IMG/VR virus record: IMGVR_UViG_3300003086_000115
Direction: 5' to 3' (one strand)
Origin: a virus
Taxonomy: Duplodnaviria > Caudoviricetes
Length of the DNA: 64,000 nt
How positions within the stretch are numbered: the first letter of the stretch is position 1; every line of letters begins with the position of its first letter. This document shows, in pieces, positions 28,933 to 39,445 of this stretch. The position numbers were made by a program, and so were the translations under genes. Under the pieces are notes generated by a model. It had not been told where the DNA came from, made no database searches, and saw only the letters and a program-made list of their open reading frames with translations.

Positions 28933-29842
28933 CACTTATAAAGCGCAATTCGGAGTAGATATCAACCTTGATGCTCTTACTCTTAAAGAAACCTCTAAAT
29001 TATTAGTCAAGTCACAAGAGCTTATTAGTGAATTTAGACACTCACATAAATTTCACACCAGCCAGAACGATTCGTCGTACATGCAAATGTTAATGCTTGC
29101 AGAAACATTAACTGCAAAAGTACTAGAATTAAATGAAGCAGGCGATCCTGGATCGTTTGGTGGCAACAACACAAATACAGGAAAAAGTATGAAACCAATT
29201 ATTCCGGGACAGATGTCAGGCGAGTATGCTAACGCCTTAAAGAAAACAGCAATGGGAGAAGATATTTCCGCAAAGGAATACAAGAAACTTAAAAAACGTG
29301 GCATTAGTGAAAGTTTACTAACTGTATTAGACAGTAAAGATACTGCTAGAGCATTTATGCGTAAGATTGTAGAGTCTAAGCGTGTACTAAACGAAGATGA
29401 AGTTTCATCAGCACAAGTTGTACTAGCGGCACAAGATATGGTCGACAGAGTACAAAAGATGGTAGAGGACATGGTTGATTTACAACACAAAGATGTTCCA
29501 GCATTAGCAGACACTATGAAATCAGAAATTGGTGTTGATCAAGCTACACAGTTTAAAGACACAATGTCAGCGGCATTGCAGACATTGTCAGACACATTAA
29601 GTGATACTAAAACTCAAATGGATGGCGCTGTAGCAATAGTTACAGGTGAAGGCAGTCTAGCAGATCCAATGGGTGAGTTAGCAGGTGTAGACGCAGGCAT
29701 GCCGCCAATGGACGAATTAGGCATGGATGACATGGATATGGGTGCAGATTTAGATGGCGACGGTATTCCAGATGATGCTCCAGTAGAAGAGCCAATCCCA
29801 GTACCAGGCGGTGATATGGAATTAGGAAGAGAGAGAAGATAA
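28883..29842 (+). CDS. Probable prohead core/scaffold-like protein
   Basis: MNLNEL start, repeated LNE/ISE/IVE, coiled coil, acidic M/D/G tail with DLDGDG. Confidence 0.45.
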   Translation: MNLNELAEKNTSSKYANTYKAQFGVDINLDALTLKETSKLLVKSQELISEFRHSHKFHTSQNDSSYMQMLMLAETLTAKVLELNEAGDPGSFGGNNTNTGKSMKPIIPGQMSGEYANALKKTAMGEDISAKEYKKLKKRGISESLLTVLDSKDTARAFMRKIVESKRVLNEDEVSSAQVVLAAQDMVDRVQKMVEDMVDLQHKDVPALADTMKSEIGVDQATQFKDTMSAALQTLSDTLSDTKTQMDGAVAIVTGEGSLADPMGELAGVDAGMPPMDELGMDDMDMGADLDGDGIPDDAPVEEPIPVPGGDMELGRERR

Positions 29843-30171
29843 TGTCAACCCTGATGGAAGACATTAGGTCTGACTTAGTTAATATATTTTCAGAACGTAA
29901 AGAGCAACCGGTCCAAGACGTAAGTAACTTTAATGTTGATGAAGCACGTAACGCAATTAATGAAATGCAACATAAACTTAATAACTTTACTAATGAGTTA
30001 GAGGCAGTAATTGTACAGTACATGAAGCCAGAAGTTGCCCAACATTGGCAACAAGCTGGTCTAGCAGATTTAAGAGTATTAGTTGGCGCAGGAGCAGGCG
30101 GTTTAGATGGCGGCGTATTAGAGAGTTTGCAAGAGTTAGTAGATAAAGCCGAAGAGTACGTAAAGAAATGA
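29842..30171 (+). CDS. Hypothetical protein
   Basis: Coupled ORF in late cluster. Confidence 0.55.
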   Translation: MSTLMEDIRSDLVNIFSERKEQPVQDVSNFNVDEARNAINEMQHKLNNFTNELEAVIVQYMKPEVAQHWQQAGLADLRVLVGAGAGGLDGGVLESLQELVDKAEEYVKK

Positions 30172-30503
30172 AAATCAAAGAGCTATACGAATCTGAAGAA
30201 GAGAAATTAACTGCATTAAGTCAGTTTTTAATCGGAAGAGCCGACGATGAGGATTCTGCATCTACGTTAAGTGTAGATGCTTTTGTATCAATAGCAGATA
30301 GAATGGGTATGTCATTAGACTATGACTCATTAAGTGATATGATTGAAAGAGGTGCTTTAAGTAATGTTGTAAGAGACATAGATAAAAATAAAATAACATT
30401 CTCAAGCGAAAAAGAAATTACAGATCAGGGTATGTCAGTAGACAAAGCCCGTAATACAGTTAATAACATGGCGAAAAGGGCTATGAATAAAAACAGAGGG
30501 TAA
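30168..30503 (+). CDS. Probable internal head protein
   Basis: MKIKELYE start. Confidence 0.5.
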   Translation: MKIKELYESEEEKLTALSQFLIGRADDEDSASTLSVDAFVSIADRMGMSLDYDSLSDMIERGALSNVVRDIDKNKITFSSEKEITDQGMSVDKARNTVNNMAKRAMNKNRG

Positions 30504-30504
30504 T

Positions 30505-32211
30505 ATGAAACAACGTTCAGAATTTGAAGCATTAATGAGAAATGCAGGTTTAGACATGCTTAAAGAGTATGATGCTAAAGATATTTATAAAGGCGGATAT
30601 AAAGACGGCAAATATCCAGACGGAAGTGAACCTAAAGGTTATGACAAAGACGGCAACTATCCAGACGGAAGTAAACCTAAAGGTTATATCGATACTCTTT
30701 CACACGAAGAACAACATGGACTTGTTAGACTACCTGCAGATGACCCAGTAACTGAAGCACATGACGAACCGGAGAAATGGAGTGACATAGAGATGTCACC
30801 GCCAGAAGAGTGGTTGGGAAATATTTTAACCGCATTAGGTATATCTAGCGATGATAAGTTGCCAACAGCTAAAGCAGATGAGCAAGCAGATGAGCAAGTA
30901 GACGAAGACCATACAGACAGCTGGCAAGATAGATATATGCCATTCTTTAGTTTTCCGCATAGTCGACAAACTAAAGCCAGAGATGCAATGGCTAAAGCAT
31001 TGGATAGATATGGAAGCAATCCTTTTGATAAAAAGCCTGTAGAGAGAACCCCACAAGCAAAGCAAGACGGACCCTTAGAATGGATACAAAAATACGGTAA
31101 AGAAGCCGCTCAAGACATGATGCGAACATTATCTACTGGCAAAAAGACATGGGACGATTATACAGATAGTGCACCAATAAAGGAAGATGAACAAATAGAC
31201 GAAGACTGGTGGGACGATCTTACAAGTAATTTTAGTGCACCAAAAGAGGAAGAGACAGTAGATTACGATGCAGTTAATTTATCACGTTATAGACGTGCAA
31301 TGAGAGATGGTAATTTAGGAAATGTTGGCCCTGTTGGCCCAGATGGCACAAGTTTTAGTCCTGATCGCTGGGACAAGTATGCTCAAATGGCAGACGATCA
31401 AGATGTTGATGATGCAAATTACTATGTAGATGAAATTGGCGCAGAGATGCCAGATGATGAGTATTATGCACCAATTCCATCTGATGATACTGATCCTGAT
31501 GCAGAATATGAGGCGGCTAAACAAGCACAAGCACATAGACAAGCACAAGCAAGAGCAGATGATATACAAGCAGATAAGCGCACAGAATGGGACGTACGTA
31601 GAGCAGATGACCAGTTTGATAATTTAGATGCAGAGTATGATGCAGATTATGATTTAGATCAACAAGCAAAAGCACAAGCAAGAGCAGATGCTAAAGCGGC
31701 TAAGTTAGCACAAGCAAGAGCTAAGAAAACAGGCAACAAAGTGAAACCTCAAATGGATACTGCTCCAGCTGATGTAGATTTAAGCCCAGATCAACTAGAC
31801 ACACGTAGAAAAGTACAAGACAAATACGGTCTAGATAAAACCAAAGCTGTACAAGATCTAAGTGCTATAGACGGTGATCAACAAGATGAGTTAATACGAG
31901 CAGTAAACAAGCCAAAAGCAGGCGTAGGAGTTCCAGGAGTATCAGGAAGTTCAATATCAGGTAATGCTACAATGGCTGATCCTACGGTAACCAAAGGCGC
32001 ACAAAACACAGACGACTTTGGTTACGACTTAGATGCTGATTCAAACTTTACAGGACAAACAAGATCTCCAGAAGGTATGGAGAAGCAAAGAGCTTTACGT
32101 AACAAACAGCTAAACAGAAATGCCGGCATGGGATGGGACGAAAGTGTTGAAAATAATGCAGAAGTAATGACTGAAATGGACAGAATGCTTAGGATTGCAG
32201 GCCTTAGATAA
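30505..32211 (+). CDS. Acidic low-complexity probable internal head protein
   Basis: Begins LMRNAGL, ends MDRMLRIAGLR; internal repeats; LKE/VTE/IKE sites. Confidence 0.5.
   Translation: MKQRSEFEALMRNAGLDMLKEYDAKDIYKGGYKDGKYPDGSEPKGYDKDGNYPDGSKPKGYIDTLSHEEQHGLVRLPADDPVTEAHDEPEKWSDIEMSPPEEWLGNILTALGISSDDKLPTAKADEQADEQVDEDHTDSWQDRYMPFFSFPHSRQTKARDAMAKALDRYGSNPFDKKPVERTPQAKQDGPLEWIQKYGKEAAQDMMRTLSTGKKTWDDYTDSAPIKEDEQIDEDWWDDLTSNFSAPKEEETVDYDAVNLSRYRRAMRDGNLGNVGPVGPDGTSFSPDRWDKYAQMADDQDVDDANYYVDEIGAEMPDDEYYAPIPSDDTDPDAEYEAAKQAQAHRQAQARADDIQADKRTEWDVRRADDQFDNLDAEYDADYDLDQQAKAQARADAKAAKLAQARAKKTGNKVKPQMDTAPADVDLSPDQLDTRRKVQDKYGLDKTKAVQDLSAIDGDQQDELIRAVNKPKAGVGVPGVSGSSISGNATMADPTVTKGAQNTDDFGYDLDADSNFTGQTRSPEGMEKQRALRNKQLNRNAGMGWDESVENNAEVMTEMDRMLRIAGLR
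30601..30687 (+). repeat. 45-nt tandem duplication (KDGxYPDGSxPKGY x2)
   Basis: aaagacggcaaatatccagacggaagtgaacctaaaggttat / aaagacggcaactatccagacggaagtaaacctaaaggttat. Confidence 0.9.
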
Positions 32212-32225
32212 GGTAAAATAACAGC

Positions 32226-32852
32226 ATGATCCTTTCAGAACTAGACAACATTTTAAAGAATGCAGGCGTTAAGATTTTCGTAACTGAAGACCGTGACGCA
32301 TCACTTGATTACAAAGAAAAAGAAGTTAAAGGCATTCTTGATAAAGTTCAAGTAGAACTTTCTAAACAACACAGTTCAGCTTATACTAGGTTAGCGCAAC
32401 GATATCGACAACTCGACGAACAAGCTAAAGAGTTAAAAGAAGCAAGAGATGAATTAAATAACACAGTTCGTGATAAGGCACTAGATTTGTTTGATGCTGA
32501 AGATGAGATTATGACTAGAGTAGTCGAAACTGCTAGCATGACAATTAATATCAGTAAACGTACAACAGTTACTACACAAAAAACAGATTATGAAGCTATG
32601 CTTGAAGCGTTAGTAGATCAATTAAGTGATAGAGTTCCTGAACTAACTCAGATGTTAGAGGGATTAGAAAAGACCTACACAACTATTATAGAAAAAGAAC
32701 GCAAACCTGCATTAAGAGTTAAAGTAAAAGAAGAAGAAAGCGACTCTTACATTGCAGATATTAGTGCTAAAGTGTCACAATTTGTAGATAGATTTATAGC
32801 AGGGTTTGACAGCAAATTAGACAGTATCAAATACATACTTGACAGGGCATAA
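32226..32852 (+). CDS. Coiled-coil hypothetical protein (head-associated?)
   Basis: ELDNILKNAGV N-terminal motif followed by VTE. Confidence 0.5.
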   Translation: MILSELDNILKNAGVKIFVTEDRDASLDYKEKEVKGILDKVQVELSKQHSSAYTRLAQRYRQLDEQAKELKEARDELNNTVRDKALDLFDAEDEIMTRVVETASMTINISKRTTVTTQKTDYEAMLEALVDQLSDRVPELTQMLEGLEKTYTTIIEKERKPALRVKVKEEESDSYIADISAKVSQFVDRFIAGFDSKLDSIKYILDRA

Positions 32853-32867
32853 GTAACCTGTTATAAT
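32839..32867 (+). promoter_or_regulatory. Sigma70 promoter giving a probably leaderless mRNA
   Basis: TTGACA-17-TATAAT, 6 nt before ATG 32874, no SD. Confidence 0.8.
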
Positions 32868-32873
32868 ATACTA

Positions 32874-33593
32874 ATGTCATTATTAGTAGAAAGATATCTA
32901 TACTCTGAACTTTCCAGAAAATCCATAGATGGCAAACGCCTATACAATACCCCGACAGGTGCGTTACCGTCAGTAACCACGATTTTATCAGCAACTAAAG
33001 ATGAAAAAGATAAAGCAGGTCTTGAAAACTGGCGTAAAGCAATAGGTGAAGCAAGGGCAGACGCTATTTGTAGAGAAGCGGCCAACCGAGGTACTAGGAT
33101 GCACAAATACCTTGAAGATTATGTTATTGACGGCAAGCTTAAGAAAGCAGGTACTAATCCGTTTGCAAAAGAAGCACACATAATGGCAGAAGAGATTGTT
33201 AATAAAGGTATGTGTAATGTTAACGAATGTTGGGGTACAGAAGTACCGTTATACTACCCAGAGATATATGCAGGCACTACTGACTTAGTAGGAGAACACG
33301 ACGGACACCCTGCTATTATGGACTTTAAGCAATCAAATAAACCAAAAACAGATGAACGTGTGCAAGACTATTGCATACAGCTAGCGGCTTATTCAGCGGC
33401 ACACAATGCTATGTTTGGCACTAACATACAGCGCGGTGTTATATTAATGTGTGTTAAACCAAATCAACCTACCCCCGGACTCTTTGAAGGACAGAAGTAT
33501 CAAGAATGGGTCATTGAAGGTGAAGAGTTTAAAAAATGGGACTATGTTTGGTGGAAAAAAGTAGAGCAATACTACGAAAATAATATCGCATAA
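32874..33593 (+). CDS. PD-(D/E)xK exonuclease
   Basis: PSVTTIL, RGTRMH, EVPLY, AGTTDL, IMDFKQS, QLAAY. Confidence 0.85.
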   Translation: MSLLVERYLYSELSRKSIDGKRLYNTPTGALPSVTTILSATKDEKDKAGLENWRKAIGEARADAICREAANRGTRMHKYLEDYVIDGKLKKAGTNPFAKEAHIMAEEIVNKGMCNVNECWGTEVPLYYPEIYAGTTDLVGEHDGHPAIMDFKQSNKPKTDERVQDYCIQLAAYSAAHNAMFGTNIQRGVILMCVKPNQPTPGLFEGQKYQEWVIEGEEFKKWDYVWWKKVEQYYENNIA

Positions 33594-33624
33594 ATAGTTA
33601 AAAGCATTTAACTAGAGGTATCAC

Positions 33625-35262
33625 ATGGCGATCACGCAAATCTCCAGAATTACACACCGTAAAGGATTACAAGAAAACTTACCACAATTGACAGGCGCAG
33701 AGCTTGGATGGTCGTTAGACGAAAGACGTCTGTTTATCGGTAACGGTAAACTTGTTGATGGTGCACCTATTATTGGTAACACAGAAATTCTAACACAGTT
33801 TAGTAATATACTATCGATATCAACAGGTTACACGTATAAAGGTACGTTAGCAGGTTACGAAGTCGTAACAGGACCTATACCTAGTACACCTGTAAATAGA
33901 ACGCTACAAGAAAAGTTTGATGATTTTGCTAGTGTAAGAGATTTTGGTGCAGTAGGAGATGGAGTAACTGATGATACTGATGCTATTAACAGAGCATTAT
34001 TTGAATTATTTGCTAGAGAAACAAATACTGAAGTTAGAAGAAGTTTATTTTTTCCAGCTGGCACATATAGAGTAACCGGATGCATAGAAGTTCCATCTTT
34101 TGCTAAGTTATGGGGAGAAGGTGCAAATAGTTCTACTATTAGATACGAAGGTTCGATTGTTACTTGCGCAATGAGAACTGCAGATAGCAAACAGCAAACC
34201 GGCTCTGGTATCGGTAACTTTGGTGCTATTCCTCCGTCGAATATAGAGATCAGCAGTCTTACAATCCAATCTACAGTACACCATGATGAAGCGATAATGT
34301 TTGTAGAACAAGCAACTGAATGTTACTTTGATAGTGTACATTTTGCAGGTCCTGGAACAACAGCAGACATTACAGTCGCTGACTCAGACGCGGCAGTTAC
34401 TATTAGAAGTACAGCCGCAGTAGTAACAAAGAATATAACATTTGATAAGTGTAGCACATCGGGAACCGGCATTGGCTTAGACATTAACGCTGAATGTAGA
34501 GGTATTACTTTTTCAAATGGGCGATTTGATACACATTACAAAGGTGTAGTTATAGGCGAATCACCAGTTGATGGTGGTCCTACAGGTGTTAGAATTTCAC
34601 AAAATACGTTTGATAATATATCTAGACAAGGCATCATAATAGGCATGCCTGGTCATTTTATTGAGGTTTCATTTAACATATCAGCATTTAACATGTTCTA
34701 TGATGTTGGCAATACATTTGGTGGTGCAGGTTCTCCAACATTTCCTATAGTTGACATTCACGCTAAGAACAATGCTAGCTACGGCGACATGTTTAACCGT
34801 AATGATACTGATAATGTTACGTTTCCTAGGATAGCACTAAACGAAACAGGCTCTATTGGATTTGATGCAAGTAATAAAATTGAATTAGGCACGTATGTTC
34901 GCGACGTAGGTAGAACAGTAATATTAGCAAATGCAACGGCTGTAGCTACGTCAATAATTGATATTAATTTGCTAGATTCAACTACATTAGATGTACAGCT
35001 TAATGCGTTTAATATAAATTACACTATTAGACGTAATAATAATGCTGGAGTTAGCACAATACGTACAGGAGTTATAAATGTAGCTACTGAGTCGAATAAT
35101 TGTGCAATAACGTACAACGATACGTTTACAGAAAATGCATCTACTGGCGTTACACTTACCGTAACACAAACAGGCACAGATGTAGATGTAAAATATACAA
35201 CTACAGATATTACCGCTACGACAGATGCTACTATGAGCTATTCACTCGTTCGATTATATTAG
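33625..35262 (+). CDS. Tail/baseplate protein with pectate-lyase-like beta-helix
   Basis: N-terminal LPQLTGAELGWSLDERRLFIGNG; SVRDFGAVGDGVTDDTDAI, LFFPAGTY. Confidence 0.75.
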   Translation: MAITQISRITHRKGLQENLPQLTGAELGWSLDERRLFIGNGKLVDGAPIIGNTEILTQFSNILSISTGYTYKGTLAGYEVVTGPIPSTPVNRTLQEKFDDFASVRDFGAVGDGVTDDTDAINRALFELFARETNTEVRRSLFFPAGTYRVTGCIEVPSFAKLWGEGANSSTIRYEGSIVTCAMRTADSKQQTGSGIGNFGAIPPSNIEISSLTIQSTVHHDEAIMFVEQATECYFDSVHFAGPGTTADITVADSDAAVTIRSTAAVVTKNITFDKCSTSGTGIGLDINAECRGITFSNGRFDTHYKGVVIGESPVDGGPTGVRISQNTFDNISRQGIIIGMPGHFIEVSFNISAFNMFYDVGNTFGGAGSPTFPIVDIHAKNNASYGDMFNRNDTDNVTFPRIALNETGSIGFDASNKIELGTYVRDVGRTVILANATAVATSIIDINLLDSTTLDVQLNAFNINYTIRRNNNAGVSTIRTGVINVATESNNCAITYNDTFTENASTGVTLTVTQTGTDVDVKYTTTDITATTDATMSYSLVRLY

Positions 35263-35340
35263 GTTAAAAATAAGAGTTATTCTAACCTGCGCTCTGTATA
35301 ATTCGATACATACATAACAAGTATCAATAAATTATAGAAC

Positions 35341-37611
35341 ATGAGTATAATAGTCACTAAGCGCAACGGTACCAAAGAAGAATTAGACATAGAAAAATTA
35401 CATAGAGTTGTAATCTGGGCGACAGAAGGCATTACTGGCGTTAGTGCAAGTAATATTGAGATCAAAAGCCATATACAGTTTTACAACGGCATCAGCACAC
35501 GTGATATTCAAGAAACGCTAATTAAAGCAACTGCTGATTTAATAACAGATGAAACCCCAAATTACCAGTTCGTTGCAGGCAGACTAATCAATTATCACTT
35601 ACGTAAAGAAGTATACGGTAAGTTTACTCCGTGTCACATTTATGATATTGTTGATAAGAACACTAATAGAGGATTTTATGATCCGTTGCTATTGCAAGAA
35701 TATAGCGAAGGTGAATGGAATTATATTAATAACTTTGTTAAGCATGATCGTGATAATGATTTTACGTATGTTGCTATGGAACAGTTACGTGGAAAATACT
35801 TAGTACAGAATAGAGTTACTAAAGAGATATTCGAAACACCGCAAGTATGTTATGCGTTAATTGCCGCAACACTATTCGCACATTATCCAAAGAAAGGTAA
35901 AAAGACTAGATTGCATTGGGTTAAAGAATATTACGATGCAATTAGCTTGCATCAAATAAGTCTACCTACTCCTGTAATGGCAGGTGTAAGAACACCACAG
36001 CGACAGTTCAGTAGTTGTGTATTAGTAGAAACAGACGACAGTTTAGATTCTATTAATGCCACAACAAGCAGTATTGTTAAATACGTAAGTCAGAAAGCTG
36101 GAATAGGTATTGGTGCTGGTAGAATACGAGCAATTAACTCTCCTATTAGAAGCGGAGATGCTTACCATACAGGTGTTATACCCTTCTATAAATTGTTTAC
36201 TACGGCGGTCAAATCTTGCTCACAGGGCGGTGTTCGTGGAGGAGCCGCTACTCTGTATTACCCTATTTGGCACTTAGAAGTCGAAGATCTTCTTGTTCTA
36301 AAAAACAACAAAGGCACAGAAGAAACTAGGATCAGACAGCTTGATTATGGCGTACAGTTTAACAAGTTAATGTACGAGCGTTTACTTGCAGGCGAAGATA
36401 TTACGCTGTTTAGTCCTAATGATGTGCCTGAACTGTATGATGCATTTTATGCAGACCAAGACAAGTTCAAAGAGCTGTATGAAATATGCGAGCGTAAGAC
36501 TTCTATACGTAAGAAAAAGGTACCAGCGTTAGAATTGTTTCAGTCATTTGTGCAAGAACGTAAAGACACAGGTAGAATTTACTTAATGAACGTGGATCAC
36601 GCTAACGAACATAGTTCATTTAAAACAGATGTTGCTCCTATTAGGATGAGTAATCTATGTTGTGAGATTGATTTGCCTACTAAACCGCTCAGTAGCCTCG
36701 ATGACGAAGAAGGTGAAATTGCACTTTGTACATTATCGGCAATTAATTGGGGTGCGTTCAAGAACCCAGAGGACATGCAAAGTGCTTGTAATTTAGCAGT
36801 AAGAGGTCTGGATTCATTGCTAACATACCAACGGTATCCTGTTAAAGCCGCACAGAAAGCAACCGAAAAACGCAGGCCTTTAGGTGTAGGCATTATTAAC
36901 TTAGCGTACTTTTTAGCAAAACACGGTACTGGTTATAATAGTAAAGAAGGATTAGAATTAGTAGATACATGGGCACAGCACTGGAGTTATTACTTAATAC
37001 ACGCAAGTAACGAGTTAGCACAAGAGCATGGTGCATGTCCGGGCAACAACGAAACCAAATACAGCGATGGTATATTACCAGTAGACACGTACAAGAAAGA
37101 AGTAAACGAACTAGTTAAGCATAAGAACAAAGTAGATTGGAAAGGACTAAGAAAAAATCTTAAAAAATACGGTATTAGAAACTCTACATTAATGGCGTTA
37201 ATGCCTGCAGAAACTTCAGCACAAATTAGCAACAGTACAAACGGTATTGAACCGCCTAGAAGTTATGTATCTATTAAGCAAAGTAAAGATGGTGTAATGG
37301 CACAAGTAGTACCAGAATACAGACACTTAAAGAGCAAATATGAACTGTTATGGGATCAACCAGGCCCGGAAGGGTACTTAAAAGTCATGGCAGTATTGCA
37401 AAAGTATATAGATCAAGGTATTAGTGTTAATACAAGTTATAATCCTACACAATATGAAGATGAGAAGATACCAATGAGCGAAATGCTTAAACATATTGTT
37501 ATGTTTTATAAGTACGGTGGAAAACAGATGTACTACTTCAACACGTTTGATGGTGCTGGCGAGATAGATGTACATGCAGATGACGAAGATTGCGACAGCT
37601 GTAAAATTTAA
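35341..37611 (+). CDS. nrdA: Ribonucleotide reductase class Ia alpha subunit
   Basis: ATP cone VTKRNG, FSSCVL, QGGVRGG, SNLCCEI, MPAETS, YY, C-terminal CDSC. Confidence 0.97.
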   Translation: MSIIVTKRNGTKEELDIEKLHRVVIWATEGITGVSASNIEIKSHIQFYNGISTRDIQETLIKATADLITDETPNYQFVAGRLINYHLRKEVYGKFTPCHIYDIVDKNTNRGFYDPLLLQEYSEGEWNYINNFVKHDRDNDFTYVAMEQLRGKYLVQNRVTKEIFETPQVCYALIAATLFAHYPKKGKKTRLHWVKEYYDAISLHQISLPTPVMAGVRTPQRQFSSCVLVETDDSLDSINATTSSIVKYVSQKAGIGIGAGRIRAINSPIRSGDAYHTGVIPFYKLFTTAVKSCSQGGVRGGAATLYYPIWHLEVEDLLVLKNNKGTEETRIRQLDYGVQFNKLMYERLLAGEDITLFSPNDVPELYDAFYADQDKFKELYEICERKTSIRKKKVPALELFQSFVQERKDTGRIYLMNVDHANEHSSFKTDVAPIRMSNLCCEIDLPTKPLSSLDDEEGEIALCTLSAINWGAFKNPEDMQSACNLAVRGLDSLLTYQRYPVKAAQKATEKRRPLGVGIINLAYFLAKHGTGYNSKEGLELVDTWAQHWSYYLIHASNELAQEHGACPGNNETKYSDGILPVDTYKKEVNELVKHKNKVDWKGLRKNLKKYGIRNSTLMALMPAETSAQISNSTNGIEPPRSYVSIKQSKDGVMAQVVPEYRHLKSKYELLWDQPGPEGYLKVMAVLQKYIDQGISVNTSYNPTQYEDEKIPMSEMLKHIVMFYKYGGKQMYYFNTFDGAGEIDVHADDEDCDSCKI

Positions 37612-37755
37612 ATGTTTCAGAGTTTTTTGCTTTACTCAATCAACGGTAGTACTAAACGCATTAGGGCAATAGATAGGCGAGATGCTGTTAAGCAATATGT
37701 ACAACAAGGTGGTAATACACGTGAAATTAGATCAGTTTTTAAGGTTAGTCAATGA
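37612..37755 (+). CDS. Small hypothetical ORF between nrdA and nrdB
   Basis: 47-aa ORF abutting the nrdA stop and overlapping the nrdB start (ATGA). Confidence 0.4.
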   Translation: MFQSFLLYSINGSTKRIRAIDRRDAVKQYVQQGGNTREIRSVFKVSQ

Positions 37756-38879
37756 GTGTAATAAATTTAAATAAAGATAAAAGTCACATAGACAGTCCTA
37801 TGTTTTTAGATCCTAACGGAAGTATGGGTATACAGCGTTTTGAAACGCTAAAGTATGAGAAGATAGACAAGCTTACAGATAAGCAAATGGGATTCTTTTG
37901 GCAACCACAAGAAGTTGATGTAACACGAGATATTAAAGACTTCCGTGCATTAACTGAACACGAACAGCACATTTTTACATCTAATTTAAAGCGACAAATA
38001 CTATTAGACTCAGTACAAGGTAGAAGTCCTAGTCTTGCGTTTTTACCTATTGCAAGTATTCCTGAGTTAGAGTCTTGGATTAGTCTATGGGCATTTAATG
38101 AAACAGTACACAGTAGAAGTTACACCCATATCATTAGAAATGTGTACTCTAATCCTAGTGAAGTGTTTGATGAGATGCTAGACATACAAGAGATTGTAGA
38201 ATGTGGTGCTAATGTTAGTAAGTACTATGATGATTTAATTGAGTACAGCAATTACTACCAGTTATTGGGATATGGTACGCATACAGTTAATGGAAAGAAA
38301 CTAGAAATTACAGAGTATGAATTAAAGAAGCGGTTATGGCTTGCGTTATTAAGTGTTAATGTATTAGAAGGTATACGTTTTTATGTATCATTTGCTTGTA
38401 GTTGGGCATTTGCTGAGATTAAGAAGATGGAAGGTAATGCCAAGATTATTAAATTGATATGCCGTGACGAAAACTTGCATTTAGGATTTACACAAACAAT
38501 GATTAAGTTATTACCAAAAGACGACCCTATGTTTGCTAAGATACAAGAAGAGACAAAAGAAGAAGCAACTACGATGTACTTAGATGCTGTACAGCAAGAA
38601 AAAGATTGGGCTAAGTACCTGTTTAAAGACGGTTCTATTATTGGACTAAATGAGGAATTGCTCGGACAGTATGTTGAGTTTATTGCTAACAAGAGAATGC
38701 GGGCAGTTGGTTTAGACTCGCCGTTTGTTGGAGGATCTGACCCGTTACCCTGGACAGGTAAATGGATATCGGGTTCTCAAGTACAGGTAGCACCACAAGA
38801 AACAGAGATTACGACATACATTGTAGGCGGTGTTAAGCAAGATGTTGATGAGAACACATTAAAGGGATTTAGTTTATGA
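37752..38879 (+). CDS. nrdB: Ribonucleotide reductase class Ia beta subunit
   Basis: FFWQPQE, LDSVQGR, ETVHSRSY, EGIRFY, RDENLH, VAPQETE. Confidence 0.97.
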   Translation: MSVINLNKDKSHIDSPMFLDPNGSMGIQRFETLKYEKIDKLTDKQMGFFWQPQEVDVTRDIKDFRALTEHEQHIFTSNLKRQILLDSVQGRSPSLAFLPIASIPELESWISLWAFNETVHSRSYTHIIRNVYSNPSEVFDEMLDIQEIVECGANVSKYYDDLIEYSNYYQLLGYGTHTVNGKKLEITEYELKKRLWLALLSVNVLEGIRFYVSFACSWAFAEIKKMEGNAKIIKLICRDENLHLGFTQTMIKLLPKDDPMFAKIQEETKEEATTMYLDAVQQEKDWAKYLFKDGSIIGLNEELLGQYVEFIANKRMRAVGLDSPFVGGSDPLPWTGKWISGSQVQVAPQETEITTYIVGGVKQDVDENTLKGFSL

Positions 38880-39133
38880 TTACAATTTATGGAAAAGCAG
38901 GATGTGGATTCTGTATTAGAGCAAAAGATTTATTGATAGAACACGATATTGACTTTATAGAGGTCAGGATCGATGAAGATGACAAGGCAAGAGATTTTAT
39001 AGTAGCAGAAGGACATAAAACAGTACCACAGTTGTATGTTAACGGAACTCTGTTAGTAGAAGGTGGGTACACTGGGTTAGCGGCAGTACCAAAACCATTA
39101 TTAGAGTCTAGGATTAACGAATTAAAAGGATAG
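38876..39133 (+). CDS. Glutaredoxin
   Basis: CGFC, TVPQL, GGY; follows nrdB. Confidence 0.88.
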   Translation: MITIYGKAGCGFCIRAKDLLIEHDIDFIEVRIDEDDKARDFIVAEGHKTVPQLYVNGTLLVEGGYTGLAAVPKPLLESRINELKG

Positions 39134-39134
39134 C

Positions 39135-39437
39135 ATGAATATAAAGAAAGGTAAGATATACGGGTTTAAGTTAAACAGTGGCGAAGAAGTTATTGCTAGA
39201 GTAGATAGTGTCGACGGCAATATTGTAAAAATTATAAAACCGTTGAGCCTAGCATTTGGACAACAAGGTCCTAGCTTAATGCCTAGCATGGTATCAGCAG
39301 ACTCTGAGAAGTCAGTTAGTCTTAACTTAGATGTCTGCTCGTTAGTTGCTAGAGTAGGTGATGATGTAGAAGGACATTACCTTAGAGGTATATCTGACTT
39401 AGACCTACCACCAGAGAAGCAGATCATAACAGAATAA
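39135..39437 (+). CDS. Small beta-barrel (Sm-like) phage protein
   Basis: FKLNSGEEVIAR...IIKPL. Confidence 0.5.
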   Translation: MNIKKGKIYGFKLNSGEEVIARVDSVDGNIVKIIKPLSLAFGQQGPSLMPSMVSADSEKSVSLNLDVCSLVARVGDDVEGHYLRGISDLDLPPEKQIITE

Positions 39438-39445
39438 ATAACTGC

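Noticed and set aside
32874-33593. Cas4 / CRISPR adaptation role for the exonuclease
   Set aside because: Lacks the Cas4 four-Cys Fe-S pattern and has no cas neighbours; a typical phage PD-(D/E)xK nuclease
1153-38879. Inteins or group I introns in terL, helicases, nrdA or nrdB
   Set aside because: Proteins are normal in length with continuous motifs, and there are no homing-endonuclease signatures
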